From Macrostomum hystrix (lineage: Eukaryota > Animalia > Platyhelminthes), in contig CATNEN010000005.1 of NCBI GenBank assembly GCA_950097015.1, positions 1,054,001 through 1,118,000 of the forward strand: DNA of 64,000 bases, in the 5' to 3' direction. The translations under genes were made by a program, and so were the position numbers. This document shows positions 34,807 to 54,500 of the stretch, piece after piece. Position 1 is the first letter of the stretch, and each line of letters starts with the position of its first letter. The notes beneath the pieces were generated by a model. That model ran no database searches and was not told where the DNA came from. It worked only from the letters and a program-made list of their open reading frames with translations.

Positions 34807-36099
34807 GCTCAATGTTATATCTATCTGTGTATATATGCGTGTTATTATTTATTTCCGTGTTTTTAAACACATTTTGTGTCCATCCAATCCGACTGCAGCC
34901 AAAGTGTTATATGTATAACTATTATTGTTTCATAATAATTAATTCCGTATTTTATAACTCGCTGACTTTTCCGTACATTTTTCTACAATACTAGCTAGTA
35001 ATGGTATTAATTAATATTACTAATATTCTAAGACTGATTCTATTGCTTAATGAACCAATGGTCTTTGCCATTGCCATTGCTTTTGTTTGGCTTAGTCGCT
35101 TAGTCAACAATAAACTTGGCAGTTTTTTAAGCAATTTTTCTTTTAATTACACATTATAATTAATTAATCGCATTATTGTTGTCAAAGTTTCTGTCTCGCT
35201 GTAACAAATGTGTAGAACAAATAACTAAAACTTTTTTATTCGTGGTTTAAAATAAAAATAAGTATAATTTATTATACTTTTGGCCATAGACAGCAGCTGT
35301 TTATTATAGCTGTCTGGCAGCTTCTTGATTTCTACGGTTTAACTAAAACAACAAAAACTTACATTTCCAAATTTCATTCGTGGAACTCGTGGAAGTCTAT
35401 GGTCAAGAGTCCGACACTCCTATCTATCTAGCTCGTACTTTATAAGTTGGTAGAAGTTGCAAAGAAAAATGAACAGAACATAGGGATTTATAAATCGATT
35501 TATTCGTCTGTCTAAAACTTCCCAGACTTTAGTCAGTCACCCCATTTGAAATATTCGTTGCCATGCACCTAGTTACTTGACCAACTAGCTTATAGAATCA
35601 GTATTTTCTTATTTCTTCCCCTTTCAAACTAGCGAAATCACGTGCTCCATATTTTTTACTAATAGTGGAGATCTAATTCAGCTATACGAGTGTATTACGG
35701 TCCTATTCTTAACAATATGTTGCCCAAAGTTAAAATCTAGCGCGCACAATTCTTGTTCTCCAGCTAATATAGGCATGTTGCCAACTACTCGCTTATCAAC
35801 CAATCAGAAGCCAGTGGAGTACAGTTCTGAAAATCCACTCCCTACCCTTTAATATATGCTTCATAGAGTTTTTACAAATCCATTTTTATTCTAAGGGTTT
35901 GAGCTTAATAGAAGTTGAACTTGACTAGTATAATCCAATATGAAATTGTGACACTTTTCGGCACTTACGAAAATTACCAAATTCAATGGTGAGAAATGCC
36001 ATTTATTACTAATCAAAGATTCGAAACGGCAGTCTACGCGCGAGCCGCTTTTAGGTAAGACTCGAAAGGATTCTCATTTTGAGGGGCTAATATTTGGCT

Positions 36100-37650
36100 G
36101 TGTCTAATCTCTGTATCTAATCTCAGATGTCTAATCTCAGATGTCTAATCTCTGTATCTAATCTCAGATGTCTAATCTCTATATCTAATCTCAGATGTCT
36201 AATCTCTATATCTGATCTCAGATGTCTAATCTCTGTATCTAATCTCAGATGTCTAATCTCTATATCTAATCTCAGATGTCTTATCTCTGTATCTAATCTC
36301 AGATGTCTAATCTCTGTATCTAATCTCAGATGTCTAATCTCTATATCTAATCTCTGTATCTAATCTCAGATGTCTAATCTCAGATGTCTAGTCTCATGTC
36401 TAAACTCTGATGTCTAATCTCAGATGTCTCAGGTGTTTAAACTCTATCTAATCTCAGATGTGTAATCTCAGATGTCTAATCTCTATATCTAATCTCAGAT
36501 GTCTAATCTCTATATCTAATCTCAGATGTCTTATCTCTGTATCTAATCTCAGATGTCTAATCTCTGTATCTAATCTCAGATGTCTAAACTCCGTATCTAA
36601 TCTCAGATGTCTAATCTCTGTATCTGATCTCAGATGTCTAATCTCTATATCTAATCTCAGATGTCTAATCTCTATATCTGATCTCAGATGTCTAATCTCT
36701 GTATCTAATCTCAGATGTCTAATCTCTATATCTAATCTCAGATGTCTTATCTCTGTATCTAATCTCAGATGTCTAATCTCAGATGTCTAATCTCTATATC
36801 TAATCTCTGTATCTAATCTCAGATGTCTAAACTCCGTATTTAATCTCAGATGTCTAATCTCTGTATCTAATCTCAGATGTCTAATCTCTGTATCTAATCT
36901 CAGATGTCTAATCTCTGTATCTGATCTCAGATGTCTAATCTCTATATCTAATCTCAGATGTCTAATCTCTGTATCTGATCTCAGATGTCTAATCTCTATA
37001 TCTAATCTCAGATGTCTAATCTCTGTGTCTGATCTCAGATGTCTAATCTCTGTATCTGATCTCAGATGTCTAATCTCTATATCTAATCTCAGATGTCTAA
37101 TCTCTGTATCTAATCTCAGATGTCTAATCTCTATATCTAATCTCTGTATCTAATCTCAGATGTCTAAACTCCGTATTTAATCTCAGATGTCTAAACTCCG
37201 TATCTAATCTCAGATGTCTAATCTCTGTATCTATTCTCAGATGTCTAAACTCCGTATCTAATCTCAGATGTCTAATCTCTATATCTAATCCCAGATGTCA
37301 ATCTCTGTATCTGATCTCAGATGTCTAATCTCTATATCTAATCTCAGATGTCTAATCTCTGTATCTAATCTCAGATGTCTAATCTCTATATCTAATCTCA
37401 GATGTCTAATCTCTATATCTAATCTCAGATGTCTAAACTCCGTATTTAATCTCAGATGTCTAATCTCTGTATCTAATCTCAGATGTCTAAACTCCGTATC
37501 TAATCTCAGATGTCTAATCTCTGTATCTATTCTCAGATGTCTAAACTCCGTATCTAATCTCAGATGTCTAATCTCAGATGTCTAATCTCTATATCTAATC
37601 TCAGATGTCTAATCTCTGTATCTATTCTCAGATGTCTAATCTTTGGATCT
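36100..37650. repeat. 27-bp composite minisatellite (TCTAATCTCAGATG + TCTAATCTCTGTA)n
   Basis: Alternating 14- and 13-bp subunits sharing TCTAATCTC. Confidence 0.92.
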
Positions 37651-38535
37651 TAACTAGTGTGTCTATTATCAGGTGTCTGATTTCTCTATCTCAGTAGCCT
37701 AATCAGGTGTGTCTATAAAATCTCAGTTAAAATAACAGCGTCTGTATCTCAGGTTTCTAACCTGAATTCTCGAATAACAGGTAATCTCATCTCAGTGTCT
37801 ATTTTCTGTATCTATTCTCACCTATTTAGTTACACTGTCTAATATCAGTCAAAAATATGAATGTTAATATTTGTATGTATATAACCTTAATTAGCGACTA
37901 CAAAAAATGTCAATATCTAATCTTGGATGTCTAAAATCTCAGTACCTTGTAATGGGGCGTTAATCAGTTTAATCGATAAATTCGTGAGATTGTAACCACA
38001 GCCTACTTATGTTGCTACACCTGAGGCAGATATCCTCTGAGTATCTGGATTTCCATAAATTTCTAGCCACGGCTAATCCTAAATGCAGTTTTTTTCGAGA
38101 GAGCAATTCTTGATCCTCCCTCGGGGTGGGATCAGTGTAGGGATAAAAATCCTTATAAACGAACTATGGAATTAAGGCTTATATAAACTATTTAGAATGT
38201 TAAAAGATAGTTTTCTTCTAGTCACCGATAATTATAAGCTTGGCTACGTATAGCAGCTCGGAGAGGAATGACTGAGTACGAAATAAGTACTGAGTTGATA
38301 AGAACGTTAAAATGACTCCCAAAAGCGACTAAAGATAAGAAGAATTCTAGATTCATATGCGACTCGCCCTAAAGATAAGAGTTTATTTCTCACTGTAAAA
38401 CTGAGTATTATATTAAGTTTGACAATTTTTTACATATAATTGAATTGTCATACTATGATTTTAGAATAATTTCTAAAATATTATTACTTTTTTACTAAAC
38501 ATCAATGTCACCTTAGTAGGATTCGTTATTGGGTG

Positions 38536-38703
38536 GCTATTTTTAGCATAATTTCAAGGCTGTCTGGCACGTGACCGCGTGATATAGTAGGGTTCTGTCT
38601 ATTCAGCCTGCTGCTATTTTTAGCATAATTTCAAGGCTGTCTGGCACGTGACCGCGTGATATAGTAGGGTTCTGTCTAATTCAGCCTGCTGCTATTTTTA
38701 GCA
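38536..38703. repeat. 77/78-bp tandem duplication containing CACGTG
   Basis: GCTATTTTTAGCA begins at 38536, 38613 and 38691; two full copies differ by a single inserted A. Confidence 0.9.
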
Positions 38704-39743
38704 CTCTGAGGTCACTTGGCGCGTGATCGATAAATCGAAAAATCGAAAATAATTGTCAAGTTTTTCATTGGCTGGACTTTCTCTGTGGACAGCCGCTCCG
38801 ACGGTCACAGAATTCGTACGTGCCGAAATAGATCAAATCGCGCGCATACTTCAAAAGTTCCAAGTCTTTCGAAACAAGAAAAAACTAAATTTTTATCCAA
38901 ATTTCAGCCAGGAACGATCCTCAATTACTTCACATTTCGTTTGTAGATTGCTAAATTTGCTTAAAGATATCCTATAGTTATCTAGGCTGTAGTCGCAGAT
39001 TCCAAATTTGGCCTATGAAAAGTACGTCAAAATCTAGTTGCTATAGCGCACGCTTGTCTTTTACTGTATTCTAGCTACTCGAGTTGTTTAAACAATGCCA
39101 AATAAACCTGGAGCATATAGAATGTGAGTCGCACACTAGAGTAAAATAAATTTGTTATAAAGTGGCATTCTCTCTCCTTCTGCACTGTGCATATCTGCTT
39201 CAAGTCCAAGCAATTAATGTACAACTACCCGCCTTTGGCGTGGTTGGCTGAAGACCAGGGCGACTGTACTCCTACCTCTTCCCCCTGCTCTGAAATAATT
39301 TTTCTCTAGTCTACAATTTAACTATTCACCCAACGGCCATACCTTTACTGTTCGCGGCTTATTTCATACAGTCATTAGCAGAAATAGCAATTCACCTATT
39401 CTGTCTTCTATTCTATAAATTTCCACCTTGTATGTATTTATGCGCCGTTGTTCGAACTGCTAATATTGCTTAGAAGAAGAGAAATTATCTAAAAAAACGT
39501 TAAAGCCAACCCGCATAAATCAGTGTTTCGCATAGAGTTAACTTTGATTTCGATATTGCTAGGCATAGTGCTAGGCTAGGTTTTATTCATTAATAGTAAT
39601 TATAAAGTCTACTTTGCGGTCTCTGCTGTTGCTGCTGCTGCTGCTGTTACTATACTTTACCGTCAATGCTTTGTTATAGACTTTAGTATGTAAAAAGGTA
39701 TCCCATTGCTGCTCTTCAATTGTGATTGAAACTGTAGACCAAA

Positions 39744-44951
<5,208 letters not shown>

Positions 44952-45536
44952 AACTTGTTTTATATTTTTCTTAATTAAAAAGAAATATATATTTTCAAAT
45001 AAACAATGACTTTGTACGCTCACCAGCCTACTAACCAGCAAGTGTAGTTAGTAGCATTTTAGACATTTTTCTGCGGAAATAGTTTGAAGCGCGTAGTAAA
45101 TAGGAGACCGATTAATTCTGTCTTGTTAAATTATGCTAGATATTGTACTCGTATTTCCTGATTTACGAAAGCGGACGTAATATGCTGCACCTCTTTCAAC
45201 AATTGCTCACCTCACAATCTTCTGATTTTCGTTCAGTATTTATTGTTAAATAACTCATACATGCGCCTCATGCTCTTGCGCACTACTGATGTTTCCTAAG
45301 AAGTAGTATTTAAGTGTATTAGTTTGCTTCGATTTTTTTAAAAATAAAATTGAGGTAATCAAACTAACTTGTAATTGATTCAATTCAGCTGACGATTAAA
45401 AAACGAATTACCATAGACAAAACTCAGGAATTGCTATGGAAAAAAGTGTTAACTGATCAACCAAAAGTGAATGTCTTTCAAAACTAGCAGATTCAGATAT
45501 CTTACTATAGTTAGGATTAACAATCAACCAATAAAT

Positions 45537-48500
45537 ATGAAGCCATTCCCAGTAGCCAGCACTAGCAACAGCGATCCAGCACCCGGTGGGCGCCGATTTA
45601 AAAAGGTTCTCGTAGCCAACAGAGGCGAAATCGCCATGAGAATCTACCGGGCCCTGGCCGAAATGGAAATCAAATCCGTCGGAGTCTACAGCCAAGCCGA
45701 CACAATGCACATGCACAGAACAATGGCCGATGAGTCCTATCTCATTGGTGATGGTCTGCAGCCTGTTCAGGCCTATTTGAGTATACAGGACATTATAAAG
45801 GTGGCCAAGGATACAATGGCTGACGCTGTGCATCCTGGCTATGGATTTCTGTCTGAGTGCGCTGAGTTTGCTCAGGTGATTGCACCTTCTAGGCATTCAT
45901 TATGCGTAGATTTAATTATCTTCTGCTTAAGTTAGCTTTCTGTGCACCTGCTTCTGAAGGCTGCGTTCAATTTGTGTCCTTTAGCAAGAAACTTTACTCT
46001 GCATTGCTTCAGTTCGCCCAGCTGTTAAATTGGTACCAGCATCAGCTGGGTAATTGAGGGTGGGTGTGGCGTCCCCCCAGTCCACGGACTGAACAGTCGT
46101 ACGCAGACTTCAGATGCGCCGCGCAATAGCTGCACCTGGGCAATCGGGGCAGGTGTAATCAATTATTATTATTATTATTATGTACATTAAGCAATACATT
46201 ATTCATGTACATTTACTGATGCGAGTGGACCTCGGTGCGAGAGGCGAACCCTCTGCCACTGACCCTCCTTGGAAGGTACCAAAGAACTTGGTCTAGCAAA
46301 ATTAGAAAAATGTTACTATTCATTAACACTTCAGGTTTGCCAATCAGCTGGCATCGCATTCATCGGTCCAAAGCCGGAGACTGTCCGTCTGCTCGGCGAC
46401 AAGGTGCTGGCCAGAGAAGCTGCCATCAAAGCCGGAGTCCCCATTGTGCCCGGCTCGCCAGGCGCTGTGGTCGACGCTTCGGCCGCAGCCGAGTTCTGCA
46501 GGAAGCACGGCCTGCCGGTGATTTTGAAGGCGGCCGCCGGCGGCGGCGGTCGAGGAATGCGAGTTGTTCGCCGACTAGAAGACGTTGCTGAAGCGTTCGA
46601 AAGAGCCTCGTCGGAAGCGACTGCGGCGTTTGGCAACGGATCGATGTTCGTTGAGAGATACGTCGAATCGGCTCGGCATATTGAGGTTTCACAATAAAAT
46701 TTATTTTATATTAAAACATGTCCAACGAAATTTTTAAGCTCAGTGACACGTAAGGTTGGTGTATATTTAATGTGCAGTGAAAGTTAGGCTGATGTACATT
46801 CAATGTACAGTGAAAGTTAGGCTGATGTACATTCAATGTACAGTGAACGTTAGGCTGATGTACATTCAATGTACAGTGAAAGTTAGGCTGATGTACATTC
46901 AATGTACAGTGAAAGTTAGGCTGATGTACATTCAATGTACAGTGAAAGTTAGGCTGATGTACATTCAATGTACAGTGAAAGTTAGGCTGATGTACATTTA
47001 GTGTACAGTGAAAGTTAGACTGATGTACATTCAATGTACAGTGAAAGTTAGGCTGATGTACATTCAATGTGCAGTGAAAGTTAGGCTGATGTACATTCAT
47101 TGTACAGTGAAAGTTAGGCTGATGTACATTCAATGTACAGTGAAAGTTAGGCTGGTGTACATTCAATGTACAGTGAAAGTTAGGCTGATGTACATTCAAT
47201 GTGCAGTGAAAGTTAGGCTGATGTACATTCAATGTACAGTGAAAGTTAGGCTGATGTACATTCAATGTACAGTGAAAGTTAGGCTGAAGACCCTGCCGGT
47301 GACAAGGACAACTAACATTGCTCGGTATGAACGTCTATTGCGAATCTTTATTAGTTCAATAATATGGAAATTAGCGGATTATAATTCTAAATTCTAAACG
47401 TTGTGAGCAGAGAAATTATGCCATTATTGGTGGTTTTCGCCACCAGACACCCCGATGAGAATTGTTGAATATCTCGACGATGGCAATGTTTTGTGATACC
47501 CCCTTTAGTTTTTCTACTCTTAATGTACATTTTCAGATTAACTATGATAGGTCAGCTTATGTACATTAAAGTACACTAGAAATTAAACTGACGTAACTCA
47601 ACGTACTTTTATTAAATAAAAAGGTGCAAATATTGGCGGACAAGTCCGGCTCAGTTATTCACCTATTTGAGCGCGACTGCTCAGTGCAGCGCCGACACCA
47701 GAAGGTGATAGAACTCGCGCCTGCCTACAAGCTTCGCCCGGAAGCCCGGGAGGCCATACTGGCTGACGCAATTAAGCTAGCTAGCTTTGTGGGCTATGAG
47801 AACGCCGGTACGGTTGAGTTCCTATTCGAGGAATCGACTGGGAAACACTATTTCATGGAGGTCAATCCTAGGGTGCAAGTTGAGCACACCGTTACTGAGG
47901 AAGTCACCGGTGTGGACATTGTGCGGACTCAGGTATGACTTGCAATTTCAGTCTGACCAATATTTTGACTCTCCTGACCCACCTCGACCCATTTCAAGAC
48001 GATTCTGACCCACCTCGACCCATTTCAAGACGATTCTGACCCACCTCGACCCATTTCAAGACGATTCTGACTGACCTAGACCCATTTCTAGACGATTCTG
48101 ACTGACCTAGACCCATTTCTAGACGATTCTGACTGACCTAGACCCATTTCTAGACGATTCGGACCCACCTCGACCTATTTCAAAACGCTTCTGACCTACC
48201 TCGACCCATTTCAAGACGATTCTGACCCACCTCGACCCATTTCAAGACGATTCTGACCCACCTCGACCCATTTCAAGACGATTCTGACCCACCTCGACCC
48301 ATTTCAAGACGATTCTGACCCACCTCGACCCATTTCAAGACGATTCTGACCCACCTCGACCCATTTCAAGACGATTCTGACCCACCTCGACCCATTTCTA
48401 GACGATTCTGACTGACCTAGACCCATTTCTAGACGATTCTGACTGACCTAGACCCATTTCTAGACGATTCTGAGCCACCTTGACCCATTTCTAGACGATT

Positions 48501-51500
48501 CGGACCCACCTTGACCCATTTCTAGACGATTCTGACCCACCTCGACCCATTTCTAGACTATTCTGACCCACCTTGACCCACATCTCGACTATTCTCAACT
48601 ACTTCGACCCATTTCTCGAATCTGCTGACCCACCTCGACCCAGCACCCAACCCTCCTGACCCACCCGGCCCGCAGATTCGCATAGCCGAAGGTCACACCC
48701 TGTCTAGCATGGGCCTCGTCCAATCGGCGATCAGTTGCAACGGCTGCGCCATGCAGTGCCGGGTCACCACGGAGAATCCCGAGAGAGATTTCCGTCCAGA
48801 CTCGGGCCGCATCGAGTACTTCAGACCCGGCCTGGGACCAGGTATCAGGCTGGATTCGGCGAGCGCTTTCGCTGGTGCAATCATCTCGCCGTATTATGAC
48901 AGCCTGCTGTGCAAGGTCAGCCAGTATATTAGCTATTGAATGATTACTGAACATGTTAGACAACTTGTTAGACAGTGAACAAAGACACCTGTTGGATAAA
49001 GAGCAACGACACTTTTTAGATAGGGAACAATGACACATGCTAGACAGTGAACAAAGATCACAAAGAAAAAGAACAAACAACTGTTGATAGTTCACAAAGA
49101 CACCTGTTAGAAACTAAATAATGACACGCCTGTAAAACAGGCAAAAACAGCAAATACACATGCTAGACAGTGAAGAAAGACATCTGTGAGACAATGAACA
49201 AAGACACATGTTAGACAGTGAACAAAGACATCTGTGAGACAGTGAACGAAGACACATGTTAGACAGTGAACAAAGACACCTGTTGGATAATGAGCAATGA
49301 CACTTTTTAGACAGGGAACAAAGACACATGTTAGACAGTGAATAAAGATCACTGTTAGACTGTGAATGTAGGCACCTGTTGATAGTTCACAAAGACACCT
49401 GTTAGAAACTAAATAATGACACGCCTGTAAAACAGCGAGCAAATACACATGCTAGACAGTGAACAAAGACACATGTTAGACTGTAAACAAAGGCACATGT
49501 TAGACGGTAAACAAAGACACATGTTAGACAGTGAACAAAGACATCTGTGAGACAGTGAACAAAGACATCTGTTAGACAGTGAACAAAGACACATGTTAGG
49601 CGTGAACAAAGACACATGTTAGACAGTGAACAAAGACACCAGTGGGCACGAATCACACCGCTGCAGGTGATAGCCCACGCCAGCACATTCGAGGACAGTG
49701 TGGCCAAGATGCGGCGAGCTCTGACGGAGTTTCGCGTTATCGGCGTGGACACGAACATCGCCTTCCTATTGAACCTCCTGGCTTGCGAGGAATTCCGCAC
49801 TGTCGCGGTGGACACAGGATTTATGGAACGAAATCCCCAGCTGATGAAACAGAAGCCACCGAGGGAGCGGGTGCAGAAGCTGCTTCGGTTTCTGGGTTTG
49901 AATCGTTCACTGCTCTGATGGCCTGTTATCTACAGATTTTGAGCCAGGAGACTTAATGAGAATCAAGGAGAGTCAGGGAGAGTCAAGGAGAGTCAGGGAG
50001 AGTCAGGGAGAGTTAGGGAGAGTCAGGGAGAGTCAGGGAGAGTCAGGGAGAGTCAGGGAGAGTCAGGGAGAGTCAGGGAGAGTCTAGGAGAGTCAGGGAG
50101 AGTTAGGGAGAGTCAGAGAGAGTCAGAGAGAGTCAGGGAGAGTCAGGGAGAGTCAGGGAGAGTCAGGGAGAGTCAGGGAGAGTCAGGGAGAGTCAGGGAG
50201 AGTCAGGGAGAGTCAGGGAGAGTCAGAGAGAGTCAGGGAGAGTCAGGGAGAGTCAGGGAGAGTCAGGGAGAGTCTAGGAGAGTTAGGGAGAGTCAGGGGG
50301 AGTCAGGGAGAGTCAGGGAGAGTCAAGGAGAGTCAGGGAGAGTCAGGGAGAGTCAGGGAGAGTCAAGGAGAGTCAGGGAGAGTCAGGGAGAGTCAGGGAG
50401 AGTCTAGGAGAGTCAAAGGCAGTCATGAAGAGTCAAGGAGAGTCAAGGAGAGTCAAGGAGAGTCAGGGAGAGTCAAATAGCCAGAGAGAGTCAGGGTACA
50501 AACTAATCGTTAGTAGACTCAAGCCACCCTTGTCTCACCCCTCCCTTCCGTTTGTTAGCCGAGACGCTGGTCAATGGTCCGCAGACACCTGTTCCAAATC
50601 GAGACATGCGGATTCCTGAAGTCTCCCCGGAGCCGCCCGCGATAGACTACTGTGAGTAGGATTGTTAAGTTTTTGTATTTTTTTAAAGTAAAACTTATAA
50701 AATTATCAATTTCTGCAGCCGCTGTGCCGCCACACGGCTGGCGAAAGATTCTAAAGGAGGAAGGCGCCGATGCGTTTGCCAAGGCCATTCTGAACAATCC
50801 CAGTGTACTGCTGACCGATACTACAATGCGGGACGCGCATCAGTCATTGTTAGCTACTAGGGTTCGAACCTACGACCTAGTGAAGATTGCGCCATTTGTT
50901 TCCAGACGGCTGATGAGCCTACTATCGCTTGAGTGCTGGGGTGGCGCCACATTCGATGTGTCACTGCGCTTTCTGCGCGAGTGTCCTTGGCAGAGGCTGC
51001 GAGAGCTGCGGGAACTCATACCGAATATTCCCTTCCAGATGCTGCTCAGAGGTGCTAATGCGGTTGGCTACACAAACTATGCCGACAATGTGGTGAGTGA
51101 CCGGTTGATTGACGAGATATGGGATACGGGACAGAGGACTGGGAGAGACGGAGAGATAGAGACCGTCCCCAAAGTGCTGGGCACTGACAGGTAAATATTG
51201 TTAATATTCTTCGTCAGGGAAGAAGGTGAGAGCAAGGGAGAGAGTGGGAGAGGAAAGGGAGAGGGTGAGGGAGAGCGAGGGAAAGAGAGGAGAGAGAGGA
51301 GAGAGGGGAGAGAGGAGAGATAGGAGAGAGAGGAGAGAGAGGACAGAGGGGAGTGAGGAGAGAGGAGAGAGAGGAGAGAGAGGAGAGAGGGGAGAGAGGA
51401 GAGAGAGGAGAGAGAGGACAGAGGGGAGAGAGGAGAGAGGAGAGAGAGGAGAGAGAGGAGAGAGAGGACAGAGGGGAGAGAGGAGAGAGGAGAGGAGAGA

Positions 51501-54500
51501 GAGGAGAGAGAGGAGAGAGAGGAGAGAGAGGACAGAGGGGAGAGAGGAGAGAGAGGAGAGAGAGGAGAGAGAGGACAGAGGGGAGAGAGGAGAGAGAGGA
51601 GAGAGAGGAGAGAGAGGACAGAGGGGAGAGAGGGGAGAGAGGAGAGAGGAGAGAGAGGAGAGAGAGGAGAGAGAGGAGAGAGGAGAGAGAGGAGAGAGAG
51701 GAGAGAGAGGACAGAGGGGAGAGAGGGGAGAGAGGAGAGAGGAGAGAGAGGAGAGAGAGGAGAGAGAGGAGAGAGGGGAGAGAGGAGAGAGAGGCCTTGG
51801 CTAGCCTGGCGCTCTAGCCATTAGGCTATAGGCGCTTGTTCAAATCCAGCTTTCAATCTCAACATATCGTAATCGATTCGGTAGCGCCCCGCAACTCAAT
51901 CCATACTCACTCAACTCCGTGGAACTGACTCGGTCGTACGAGACGCCGGTGCTGGCCTGATAGAGAGGAAAGAGAGGAGAGAGGGCAGAGAGGGGAGAGA
52001 GGGGAGAGAGGGGAGAGAGGGGATAGAGGAGAAAGAGGAGAGAGAGGAGAGAGAGGAGAAAGAGGAGAGAGAGGAGAGAGGGGAGAGAGGGGAGAGAGGG
52101 GAGGGAGAGGAGAGAGAGGAGAGAGAGGAGCGTATAGAGAAACATTTCCATTATTTAATTATTAATATAAAAAACTATAGGTGTACAAATTTTGCGAGGA
52201 GGCGGTGAAGGCGGGCATGGACATATTTCGAGTTTTCGACTGTCTCAATTACGTGCCCAACTTGCTAGTTGGCATGGACGCTGTTCGCAAGGCTGGTGGA
52301 GTGGTCGAAGCAGCTATATGCTACACTGGCGATGTGCTCACCTCGACCAAGTACACAACGGCATATTATTTGGACACAGCTGAGCAGCTGGTCAAGTGAG
52401 GCCGCCGTTTATGACATGTTTTTATCCCATTTCTTAGAATCGCATTTCAATTCTGGGATATCTATATTCGGTTCCTGGAAACCTATTCTCATTTCCAGGA
52501 AACTGTTTCCATTTTTAAGGCTTTTTTATTTCTTGGATTCCTTTTATATAAACTTGTTCCGATTTCTAGAATACATGCTTAATTTTTGAAGAACTAATTC
52601 TTTTTTAGGAATTTCTAAGAAAACTGCACTATAGTCCAGGAAACTAGCCACAAGACACTATTGTCTGCATGCCCTTCTCAAGGATACTTGTTCGGTTATC
52701 TGGAACAGCCATTCCAATTTCTATGAAACTAGTTGCCATTACTAGGCAAGCGAGAGACAATTTCCAGGAAACTAATTTTACATTTCCATGCACAATGGTG
52801 GCGATTTCCACGAAACTAGTTATAATTTCTTCGAAACTAGTTCTCATTTCAAGAAACTGGGTATCGTTTCACATAGTTACATTTTCCAGGAAACAGTTGT
52901 CTTTTATCCTAAAACAAACTGTTCAGATTATTTAAATGATACTGTTTAAAGTCCGTATACGAGTATCAAAATTATCTTGAAATTGCTTCAGTATCCTACG
53001 TCACCAACAATAAAAACAGTAGAAAAAATGTAATCTCCTCAACGCAGAGCCGGCGCTCACATCCTGGCCATCAAGGACATGGCGGGCCTACTCAAACCGC
53101 ACAGTGCTCACCATCTAGTCTCGGCTTTGAAGCAGAGATTTCCCAATCATCCGCTGCACATTCACACTCACGACACGGCCGGAGCTGGGGTCGCCACCCT
53201 GTTGGCCTGCGCCGATGCCGGAGCCGACATTCTGGATGTGGCAGTCGATGCGATGAGCGGCATCACATCTCAACCGTCCATGGGAGCAATTATTGGCTGC
53301 CTGACCAAGTCTATCGATCTCCAACCGGAAGATGTGGCCCAATACAATTCCTACTGGGAGATAACTAGGCGACTGTACGTCAACTTTGAATGCACCAACA
53401 CAATGCGCAGCGGTAACGCTGACGTCTACGAGAACGAAATACCCGGCGGGCAGTACACAAATTTGCACTTCCAATCAATCAGTTTGGGACTAGCCGATCA
53501 GTTCGCCTTGGTCAAAAAGAAATTCGCCGAGGCTAACGAACTGCTGGGCGACCTGATTAAGGTTGGAAATAATTGTTCATCAAGGATCCCTGTTCATTGA
53601 TCAAGGATGCCTGTTCATTGATCAATCATACCTGTTCATTGATCAAGGATGCCTGTTCATTGATCAAGGATGCCTGTTGATTGATCAAGGATGCCTGTTG
53701 ATTGATCAATCATACCTGTTCATAGATTAATGATTTCTGTTCATAGATCAGGAATACCTGTTCATAGATCAAGGATACCTGTTCATAGATCAGGAATACC
53801 TGTTCATAGATTAAGGATACCTGTTCATAGATCAAGGATACCTGTTCATTGATAAAAGCTACTTGTCCGCTTGGATCTCTTAGATCTATTGTGCCTTTTT
53901 GTTGATCGAGGACACATCTTTGTAAATTATTTTAATTAGAAGTAATTTGTAGACAACTTATATTGCAGTAAATGACACTTTTTTCTTTCACCCTGACTGT
54001 GTTGTCAAGGTAACGCCAAGCTCCAAGGTGGTGGGAGATATGGCGCAGTTTATGGTTCAGAATCGCCTATCGAAGCAGGATGTACTAGATCGCGCCTCCG
54101 AGCTGTCCTTTCCCAGCTCGGTGGTGCAATTCTTTGACGGCTGCATCGGTCAACCGCCTGGTGGGTTCCCGGCCCAGCTGGCCTCCGCTGTGCTGCACGG
54201 CAGGAAGCCAAAGTGAGATTTTACGTTTTCCTTACGAGTAATATAGGGGTCTATGACATTTTACTGCCAGCTATATGATCCTGGCACCAATACCCTAACC
54301 CTAACCCTAACCCTAACCCTAACCTTAAACCAGTCTTTAAAAAGTGGCTGGAAGTAAAAAAGTCGCCGGTAGTCAAATTGCTGGCAGTAAAATGTCGTGC
54401 TCCGTGATTAGATATTTTGTATTTTTTGTACTCCATCGGCCGCCTTGAAGATACACGAGTCGGCCCGGTGCAGACATGCCACCATTCAATTTCAATGAGC

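Noticed and set aside
51226-52151. ER/GE-rich ORFs
   Set aside because: GA-rich intronic low complexity in PC intron 7.
54293-54328. True telomere or chromosome end
   Set aside because: Only five hexamers, enclosed by inverted repeats inside an intron of an intact gene.
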